Translations under genes and position numbers: made by a program
Shown: positions 56,676 through 64,000 of the stretch, in pieces
How the letters are laid out: each line of letters opens with the position of its first letter
Numbering within the stretch: position 1 is the first letter of the stretch
The notes under the pieces: model-generated
What the model saw: the letters and a program-made list of their open reading frames with translations, nothing else
The model's database searches: none
What the model was told of the DNA's origin: nothing
Assembly (NCBI GenBank): GCA_963664225.1
Contig: OY760937.1
Coordinates: 4,864,001-4,928,000, forward strand
Reading direction: 5' to 3'
Origin: Verrucomicrobiia bacterium
GTDB lineage: Bacteria; Verrucomicrobiota; Verrucomicrobiia; Limisphaerales; UBA1319
Length of the DNA: 64,000 nucleotides

Positions 56676-57203
56676 ATTAAAACGAATATAGGAGCAAACC
56701 GTTCGCTTTCAACTTGAAAACCCCGGGTTTTGCGGTTCATCCCGCGTCCCGGCCGCAACCTGATGGCAGGGCGTGCAAGTCCTCTGCGCGCCGCCTGTCC
56801 ACCCCACGCGGCCGCATTTTACGAATCGCCCAAACTTTCCCGCAACCCCCATGCCGCTCCTTCTCTTGGGGGAAGGCCGGGATGTGGGCGGTTGTCCATT
56901 CATATCTGACTTTTGCCGGACCCTCAATCGGTGCCCGGCCATTCCTAAAACACTTGCTATAATCGTTTGGAATTTATTTCCATGGCTTTTTAACGGTCTT
57001 TTTCACTTGCCGAAAAATTATCTCATGCACCCAAATACAATAATTGGTTCAAAACGATCTTTTCTTTCTGTTTTATTGTGTCATGATCGTCACCAATCCA
57101 ACTGCGAGTTGTTGCGTGTGGGGAACCGCCTGGGACCGTTGTTTGAAACTACTTGAGTCATTGCAATTACTGCGCACAGAATCGTAATGGATGGGAAACC
57201 CAA

Positions 57204-58346
57204 ATGAAAACTGCTGAAACTCTCTTCGTGAGCTGGATGGCCTTCGCGGCTTTGGCGTCCGAATCCCCTGAGGCTTTGGCCCAAACCGTAAGCCTCGAGA
57301 TCGAGGCCATTGACTCATCGCCACACTTGACCATCCACAGCGATCTGGGAGTGACCAATGTGATCGAATATGCGGAAGCGCTGGCGACCAACCAATGGCA
57401 CGTCTTGACCAATCTCATGGTAACCAACAATCCATACGTAGTGGTGGATGTAGGATCGGTCGCTCAGCGGTTTTATCGCGTGCTGATTCCCGGGGATACC
57501 AACACTTCCACGGGGATGGCCCTGATTCCGGCGGGGTCATTTACGATGGGGGACAGTCTGGACGGTGAGAGTTTCGCCTTGCCGACGCACACAGTTCAGG
57601 TGAGCGCGTTTTTCATGGACAAATATGAGGTAACGAAGGCGCTATGGGATTCGGTCTATGTTTGGGCCGTGGCGCATGGGTACAGCTTTGACAAAGCAGG
57701 CTTGGGTAAAGCGTCTAATCACCCGGTGCAGACGGTGAATTGGTATGACGTGGTGAAGTGGTGCAATGCACGGAGCGAAAAAGAGGGGCTGGTTCCTGCG
57801 TATTACACGGATACGGCGCAGACCAAGGTCTATCGCACGGGGCAGGTGAGCGTGCAAAATGATTGGGTGAAGTGGAATGCGGGGTATCGTTTGCCGACGG
57901 AGGCGGAATGGGAGAAGGCGGCCCGTGGCGGAGCCAGCGGGAAGCGGTTTCCATGGGGTGACACGATCACCCACAGCCAGGCCAATTATTACAGCACTAC
58001 TTCTTATGCCTATGACATAAGTCCTACGCGGGGTTGGCATCCGAGCTACGACAGCGATCCTTATCCCTACACAAGTCCTGTGGGATCTTTTTCTCCAAAC
58101 GGGTATGGATTGCATGACATGGCAGGGAACGTGTGGGAGTGGTGCTGGGATTGGGTTGGGTCGTATTCGAGCGGATCGCAGACTGATCCACATGGACCCA
58201 CATCGGGCTCGAGCCGTATGCTTCGCGGTGGCGGTTGGCACGATCCCGCCAACAGATGCGGGGTTGCGTACCGCTACGGCTACTGGCCGGGCGTCGGGCA
58301 CGACCTCATCGGGTTTCGGTCCGTCCTGCCCGCAAGTCAGCCATGA
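57204..58346 (+). CDS. Formylglycine-generating enzyme (SUMF1/FGE-sulfatase, CLec-fold) domain protein, secreted
   Basis: MALIPAGSFTMG, HPVQTVNWYD, YRLPTEAEWEKAARGG, GLHDMAGNVWEWC, RGGGW...IGFR. Confidence 0.92.
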   Translation: MKTAETLFVSWMAFAALASESPEALAQTVSLEIEAIDSSPHLTIHSDLGVTNVIEYAEALATNQWHVLTNLMVTNNPYVVVDVGSVAQRFYRVLIPGDTNTSTGMALIPAGSFTMGDSLDGESFALPTHTVQVSAFFMDKYEVTKALWDSVYVWAVAHGYSFDKAGLGKASNHPVQTVNWYDVVKWCNARSEKEGLVPAYYTDTAQTKVYRTGQVSVQNDWVKWNAGYRLPTEAEWEKAARGGASGKRFPWGDTITHSQANYYSTTSYAYDISPTRGWHPSYDSDPYPYTSPVGSFSPNGYGLHDMAGNVWEWCWDWVGSYSSGSQTDPHGPTSGSSRMLRGGGWHDPANRCGVAYRYGYWPGVGHDLIGFRSVLPASQP

Positions 58347-58773
58347 GCAGTTTGAAGGGAATTGCCCGGAGCAAAAAATATATAACCGCGATTCTTGATG
58401 CACGAAATGGGCCATCCTGCGCCGCAGCGAAATTTAGTTCGCGTGCCCTCATGCTGGTGTCCCCGGAGCGCCGGTCTCCTGACCGACTTACGACCTTCTC
58501 AACTCCATCGTTTTCAAATGACCGTGAACTCCGCACGCTGGTTCTGCCGTTTCCCCAAAACCGGTTTAAATTCAGCGCACTGCCACGGCTGTTTTCCAAA
58601 CTCCTGAATGTCATGCACCCTCCATCTGGAGGCCGGTTGATGTTGATTTGACGCAGGTTTTTCAATGGAACAGTTGCAGCGACAGCCATCCGGAAAGGCC
58701 GGTGGCCTATTTGACGCGTGAGTGAATTCATGGTAAGTACCTCAAGTATATAATTAACAACCTACGGTTAAAT

Positions 58774-59250
58774 ATGAGACAAAGTTCAATCGTTTTAAGA
58801 ACACGCACCATTGGTAAGATTGCCGTCCTTTCCGCTCTTTGTGTTGGATTCTTGCCGACATTGACATTCGCTGAGGACGCGCCCATTGACGCGAAGGTCG
58901 AAGCCATTCTCAAGGAGGCGGATGCGGCAAAGCTGCCTGCGGTTTCCGACAAGAAAGTGGATTTCACGAAGGATATTCAGCCCATTTTCAAGAAATCCTG
59001 CATGGATTGCCACGACGCGGATGGCGCGATGGGCAAATTCCGGGTGGACAAAAAAGAGACCGCGATGAAAGGCGGCGAAAAGGGTCCGGCCATTGTGGCG
59101 GGCAAAAGCGCGAAAAGCCCCATCGTTTTCTATGTCTCGGGCTTGATCAAGGACATGCAGATGCCGCCCAAGGATCAAGGCGATCCGCTCACCAAAGATC
59201 AAATCGGCTTGCTGCGGGCCTGGATCGATCAAGGCGCAAAGTGGGAATGA
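58774..59250 (+). CDS. Exported monoheme cytochrome c (planctomycete cytochrome c type)
   Basis: VDFTKDIQPIF, CMDCH heme motif, QMPP distal Met, LRAWIDQGA. Confidence 0.88.
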   Translation: MRQSSIVLRTRTIGKIAVLSALCVGFLPTLTFAEDAPIDAKVEAILKEADAAKLPAVSDKKVDFTKDIQPIFKKSCMDCHDADGAMGKFRVDKKETAMKGGEKGPAIVAGKSAKSPIVFYVSGLIKDMQMPPKDQGDPLTKDQIGLLRAWIDQGAKWE

Positions 59251-59333
59251 AACTTTGGCGATTAACTGCTTGATAAAACCGCGCAAACCATGGAGTATGC
59301 GCACATCCAACTTACACATTTACCGTTTATTAC

Positions 59334-59675
59334 ATGAGTACGACGAGTGAGCAGAAGTATGTGACCATTGACTCGGGGAATTTTGAATCCGAAGTGTTGA
59401 AATCGAACGTGCCTGTCCTGGTTGATTTTTGGGCGACCTGGTGTGGCCCCTGCCGTATGATCGGCCCGATCCTGGAAGAGATTGCCACCGAATATGCCGG
59501 CAAGGCCAAAGTGGCCAAAGTGGACGTGGATCAAAACCAGGGCCTGGCCGAGCAATTTCAAGTGCGCAGCGTGCCGACCCTTCTGATTTTCAAGAATGGC
59601 GGTGTGGTTGAGCAACTCGTGGGCGCGGTATCCAAAAAGGTGCTCACCACGCGTTTGGACACCCATCTGGTGTAG
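59334..59675 (+). CDS. trxA: Thioredoxin
   Basis: VLVDFWATWCGPC active site, VRSVPTL. Confidence 0.96.
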   Translation: MSTTSEQKYVTIDSGNFESEVLKSNVPVLVDFWATWCGPCRMIGPILEEIATEYAGKAKVAKVDVDQNQGLAEQFQVRSVPTLLIFKNGGVVEQLVGAVSKKVLTTRLDTHLV

Positions 59676-59815
59676 CATTGGCATGGCATTTCAACCTCCG
59701 GCCGTGGAACTTATAAACGGTCGGCATTGGAATTGTCCCTAAATTTGGGCGGGCATATTGGAAGCCCGCCATCCGACAAAAATTGATTGGCAACAAAGGA
59801 AGGCGCAAGCCAGGG

Positions 59816-60778
59816 ATGAAAGCAATTCGTGTTCACCAAACGGGCGGTCCGGAAGTATTGCAGCTTCAGGACATGCCGGAACTTAAACCCGCGCCTGGCC
59901 AGATTCTCATAAAAATTCGCGCCGTCGGCGTGAATCCGGTTGAGACCTACATTCGTTCCGGTTCCTACGCGCGCAAAGTCAACCTTCCCTATACTCCCGG
60001 CACCGACGCCGCCGGTGTCGTCGAGGCGGTGGATGCGTCCGTCGGCTTCATCAAACCTGGCGATCGCGTTTACACTTCCGGCACCATCACCGGCGCTTAC
60101 GCCGAGTATGCCCTGTGCAGCGAGTTTCAAGTGCATCGATTGCCCGCCTCTGTTTCCTTTGCCCAGGGGGCTTCTGTGGGGCTTCCCTATGCCACCGCTT
60201 ATCGCGCGCTTTTCCAGCGGGCCCGCGCGGTTGCCGGTGAAGTGGTCTTTGTCCATGGCGCCAGCGGAGGCGTCGGCATTGCCTCGGTGCAATTGGCGCG
60301 CGCGGCGGGTTTGACAATCATCGGCACGGCCGGAACAGTTCAAGGCCGCCAGCTTGCGGCCGAACAGGGTTGTCATTTCGTGCTCGACCATCGCGATCCC
60401 GATTATCTCGAGCAGGCCAAGGCGCACGCGGGCGGACGGGGCATGGACGTGATCCTGGAAATGCTGGCCAACATGAATTTGGGCAAGGATCTTTCCCTGC
60501 TGACGCGGGGCGGACGGGTGGTGATCATTGGCAGCCGGGGCAATGTCGAAATCAATCCCAGGGATGTCATGAGCCGTGATGCCGAGATCCTGGGCATGAC
60601 GCTTTTCAACGCCTCAGAAATGGCCCTCACCAGCATTCATGCGGCCCTGGTGGCCGGCTTGGAGAATGGCACCTTGAGGCCTGTGATCGGCCAGGAACTG
60701 CCATTGGCCGAAGCCCCTCGCGCGCACACCGCGATCATGGAGCCGGGCGCCCTGGGAAAAATCGTCCTGATTCCCTGA
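59816..60778 (+). CDS. qor: NADPH:quinone reductase (zeta-crystallin/Qor family)
   Basis: MKAIRVHQTGGPEVL, GVNPVE, HGASGGVG, GKIVL. Confidence 0.88.
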   Translation: MKAIRVHQTGGPEVLQLQDMPELKPAPGQILIKIRAVGVNPVETYIRSGSYARKVNLPYTPGTDAAGVVEAVDASVGFIKPGDRVYTSGTITGAYAEYALCSEFQVHRLPASVSFAQGASVGLPYATAYRALFQRARAVAGEVVFVHGASGGVGIASVQLARAAGLTIIGTAGTVQGRQLAAEQGCHFVLDHRDPDYLEQAKAHAGGRGMDVILEMLANMNLGKDLSLLTRGGRVVIIGSRGNVEINPRDVMSRDAEILGMTLFNASEMALTSIHAALVAGLENGTLRPVIGQELPLAEAPRAHTAIMEPGALGKIVLIP

Positions 60779-60793
60779 TCAGCAGCCACCCGG

Positions 60794-61759
60794 CTAAGGC
60801 GAAACGCTTTTCGCCCGGTAGAACAGGTGTCCTTGGTTTTGCGCCACGGAATCGACGATATCCAGAGTCCCGTTGGCTCCCGTCGCCGCCGTTTTCACCG
60901 TGATCCAGTTCGTCATGTTGCCCGAGGATTCAATCGTATAAGTCCGGTTCGTCTCCCCCATGAGTCGCAGCGAAAACTGCCCTTGAGCCGGTGGTGACAA
61001 GGCCTGCAATCGGGGTTGCATCACGATGCTGGGTGGAGGCTGGCTCAATGCGAGCATCTCGAAATTGTCGAAAACCAGGTAATTATCCCCCGGCGCCCCC
61101 GGATTTCGAATCATCCACACCGCATCCATGTCGCTGAAATTCAAGTTGCGTCCCGTGGGGCTGATGGGTTGGCGTGAGACAATGGTGTTTTGATTGAAAA
61201 TGGCGCTCCATAGATTTCTCTTAAAATCCATTTCGATCACCAACTCATATTCCGTCCCCTTGGTGTAGCTGGCTCCTGTGGATGTGAAATTGGTCGCCGC
61301 TTGTAGGAGATAAGAAATGGCCTGGTTCTCGCCGTCGAAATCCAGGCTGAAAAGCCTCTCGTTGCTCATATTATAGACGCTCCAGCGAAAATCGTCCCGT
61401 TGCGCCTTGGTGGAGTCGAAAATCGCCATGAGCACCGAAAACCGCAGGTAAGGGTAGAGATTGGTGGTCGGCACTACCTGCAGCGGATGCCATAGATTGA
61501 GCTGGTCGTTGGTCACCGCGCCATAGCCCAGGAAAGCCTGCTGTCCCAGCCCGGTGAACACGTCGGAGATCAAGCCGTTGCCGCCGTCATAATCGGCCAG
61601 CCAGCCGTTCTGTCCCGCCACGGTGTAGCCCGAAACATAACCATCGGATAATTCAAACCCGGTGCTGTATAAAACAGTGTTTGTGGCGGGTTGCGCCAAT
61701 AGGGTCATTGGACCGGTCAGTGCAAGAATGGCCGATAAAACGGCGATTATATTTTTCAT
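60794..61759 (-). CDS. Hypothetical secreted beta-sandwich protein with C-terminal W...FYR module
   Basis: Signal peptide MKNIIAVLSAILAL; C-terminal YTIESSGNMTNW...HLFYRAK. Confidence 0.75.
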   Translation of the reverse strand: MKNIIAVLSAILALTGPMTLLAQPATNTVLYSTGFELSDGYVSGYTVAGQNGWLADYDGGNGLISDVFTGLGQQAFLGYGAVTNDQLNLWHPLQVVPTTNLYPYLRFSVLMAIFDSTKAQRDDFRWSVYNMSNERLFSLDFDGENQAISYLLQAATNFTSTGASYTKGTEYELVIEMDFKRNLWSAIFNQNTIVSRQPISPTGRNLNFSDMDAVWMIRNPGAPGDNYLVFDNFEMLALSQPPPSIVMQPRLQALSPPAQGQFSLRLMGETNRTYTIESSGNMTNWITVKTAATGANGTLDIVDSVAQNQGHLFYRAKSVSP

Positions 61760-61774
61760 TTGAGTTGCGCGGCC

Positions 61775-64000
61775 TTAGGGCCGCTTCCCACTGGTTTGAT
61801 TTCCCCTTCCAGATGAAGACGAGCCTGGCGACGTTGCCGGCCGCGGTGATGGACTTGGCGACATGGACGGCGCCGAAGAACTCCGGGCCGGTGGCGAAAA
61901 GCTGGAAGCCGGCGGCGCCGATGAACGCACCGGCGCCTGCTGGATTTGGCGGACCGGAGCGGACTCCATTCGCCGCACCGCAGGAGCTGAAACGCTTCGG
62001 TTGACGGGCGCCGGAGACGGCGCAGGAGTGTATTGCGGTGTGACCGGGTTATAATGAATCCCTTGCGCCGGGAATGTCGCGGGCGCGCTCATCGGCGTGG
62101 GCGCCGGGTTGTAGGTATTCACGGAGCGGACAGTTTCGGCCGGTTTTGAAACGGCGGGCGAGTTTTGATTGCGCACGGCCGGCATGGGCGCGGACAGGCT
62201 GGGGGAGGCGGCGCTTGCCGGAGTGGTCCATGCAGGGGCGCGTACATTGGACACAGGCATTCTGGGGGATGAATCCACCCGTCCGCCGATCGGCTTTGCA
62301 GTCGTCGCAGTCGTCGCAGGCGTCGTCGGCACTGTTCTGGCCGGTTCCGCAATCGGCTGGGCTGCAGGAGTGCGCTCCGAAAAAAGTTTGCGTTGTTCGA
62401 CCGCTTTGGGCGTCGGTGCAGCCATTGGTGTCGGCGCAGCCATTGGCGTCGGACTGCCGGAGGTCACGTCACGACGGCCCACCGAAGGATTCCCCATGTT
62501 TTGCGGTTGGATCGCCGCCGGTGTTGTGGAAGGACGACCAACAATGGACTTTGACGTGCCGATTTGAGGTTCGGCGGCGCGAGGCGTGGAAATGGGGCGG
62601 CTTGTGCCGGGGTTCGCAATGGATACGGGCGGGCGATTGTTATCCGCGCGTTTTGGTGTCAGCGCAGCCACGGCCGGAGGCGCTTGCTGTGGATTGGGCC
62701 GGTAAATAACGGTGTCCTTGCCGCTTCTTTCCGTGCGGTCCGGACGGACCGCATGAGCCGATCCAGGAGGAGTGTCGCGCACAGAAACCTGCCGGATTTC
62801 GCTATGGGTCGCCGCGCTGATCCGGTCCCGGCCTATGCCTTCGTTAAAGGCGTGGCCACCCGGACCCTTGTGATAATTATTGCCAACGGTGGTCTGCCCG
62901 TAAATGTCCCTTCTGTGATCCCTTCCGACAAAATGCGAATAGGGGTTGTGATCGTAGAAATGACCCAGCGGGATAAAAGTGTAGCATTCGAATCCCAGGC
63001 CAAAATCGAATCCGATTCCCACACTCCGGCCATGATACCTCCAACCACGGCCGCCGTCCCAATAGGCTCCCGGGGGCAGGGGTGCCCAGCCGCAATAACC
63101 CGAGGAATACCGCCAGGAAACCCACGAGGCCCCCCATACGGTATCCGGACACCAGACCCAGCCGTAGCCGCCATGCCGGAACCACCGTCCATAATGGAAC
63201 GGAGCCCAGCCCCATGAGTAATCCGACTGCCAATACCAGCCACAGTCGGTGTAAAGCCACCTTCCTCGATCGCTATAAGGCTGCCAGTTGGAATAGGTGT
63301 TCACCACGGTGGGTTGCCAGCACCAGCCATAATCATCGACCTGCATCCACGTCCCATACGGCGACAGGGAACTGTAGAAATAATTCACCGTCACTTGTTG
63401 TTGCGGCGGCGCCACTTCTGTTCCGGTCACCACCTGGGTTTCGGGAACAACCGGCGGCGGCGCGTTCTGCATCACCTCTGTGGCGGGCGGCGAATTCCCT
63501 GCCATGGCCGGCGCGTTGGCCAATGTGTTCGGAGCGCCAATGACCACGGTATTCGAGGGGGTTGCTGAAGGGGCGGGCCCATCTTCAAGAACAGGGGTCG
63601 CGGGCAGTTGTGTTTGTGTTGGTTGTGTTGGTTGTGTATTGGAGGCGTTTTCCGCCGCCTTGCCGGTCATGTCATGGCCGTGCTTCAACAATGCCGCCAC
63701 CACTTGTGGCGAGATTCCAATGTCATTAAGATAAAGAATTTCCTCCACAGACGGATCGTAAGCGATGGGCGAGCGTTCGATAAACGCCAGAATGACCGAC
63801 TCATCGACGTCGGCCTGGGAAAGCTGGATGATTTCCTCCAATCCCGGCGATGTGACGACTCGCGCAGGCTCGATGCGCACCACCGGTTTTGCAGGAGCGT
63901 TGGTTGCAGGGGAATTGGTGATCGTCGTGCTGGCGCTTACAACGTTGGTGACCAAGGCGTTTTCCGCGGAATTCGTCTTTTCACCGTCGCTGGTGCAGCT
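61775..64000 (-). CDS. DUF6600-like Trp/Tyr/Gly-rich protein with long Pro/Ser-rich tail (5' end beyond window)
   Basis: FYSSLSPYGTW...GWCWQP...WGWAPFHYGRW...WGASWVSWR...GWAPLPP; low-complexity C-terminus; frame stays open to the window edge. Confidence 0.8.
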   Translation of the reverse strand, partial: SCTSDGEKTNSAENALVTNVVSASTTITNSPATNAPAKPVVRIEPARVVTSPGLEEIIQLSQADVDESVILAFIERSPIAYDPSVEEILYLNDIGISPQVVAALLKHGHDMTGKAAENASNTQPTQPTQTQLPATPVLEDGPAPSATPSNTVVIGAPNTLANAPAMAGNSPPATEVMQNAPPPVVPETQVVTGTEVAPPQQQVTVNYFYSSLSPYGTWMQVDDYGWCWQPTVVNTYSNWQPYSDRGRWLYTDCGWYWQSDYSWGWAPFHYGRWFRHGGYGWVWCPDTVWGASWVSWRYSSGYCGWAPLPPGAYWDGGRGWRYHGRSVGIGFDFGLGFECYTFIPLGHFYDHNPYSHFVGRDHRRDIYGQTTVGNNYHKGPGGHAFNEGIGRDRISAATHSEIRQVSVRDTPPGSAHAVRPDRTERSGKDTVIYRPNPQQAPPAVAALTPKRADNNRPPVSIANPGTSRPISTPRAAEPQIGTSKSIVGRPSTTPAAIQPQNMGNPSVGRRDVTSGSPTPMAAPTPMAAPTPKAVEQRKLFSERTPAAQPIAEPARTVPTTPATTATTAKPIGGRVDSSPRMPVSNVRAPAWTTPASAASPSLSAPMPAVRNQNSPAVSKPAETVRSVNTYNPAPTPMSAPATFPAQGIHYNPVTPQYTPAPSPAPVNRSVSAPAVRRMESAPVRQIQQAPVRSSAPPASSFSPPARSSSAPSMSPSPSPRPATSPGSSSSGRGNQTSGKRP

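Noticed and set aside
56700..58770. Complete DGR cassette around the FGE gene
   Set aside because: No AAC-rich template repeat, reverse transcriptase or Avd ORF found in the flanks; only a remote-target hypothesis is kept

Overview
Bacterial chromosomal window, GC-rich and gene-dense. Gene content and protein style suggest a Verrucomicrobiota (subdivision 3-like, PVC) genome; this is inference, as no rRNA marker is present. Housekeeping genes include the thrS 3' end, a U32/RlhA-type enzyme, yebC, an FKBP PPIase, pilT, tRNA-Leu(CAA), trpB, kdsA-kdsC-lptC-lptA-lptB-hprK-ptsH, hemL-ruvX-truA-trmL, ptsN, glcD-like, trxA and qor. Scattered carbohydrate genes encode GalM, GH127, an L-arabinose/fucose isomerase family protein, GH29 and a beta-helix protein. 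Accessory zones are: (i) 7.4-11.3 kb, a co-oriented cassette-like array with degenerate attC-like spacers; (ii) 16.5-22.6 kb, a mosaic of palindromic REP/REPIN-like families, 7/9-bp tandem repeats, an intact IS3 element and two cargo genes; (iii) 41.0-45.2 kb, a direct-repeat-bounded islet at the 5' side of tRNA-Leu carrying a frameshifted secreted clan-CD-like protein and a coupled partner; (iv) an FGE-sulfatase gene whose 3' end looks like a DGR variable region with no local RT or TR. Two cross-cutting signals stand out: a shared ~70-aa 'W...F(Y/W/F)R' module in four exported proteins, and Thr-Asn dipeptide enrichment in exported proteins. All calls are by eye from motifs; no searches were run.
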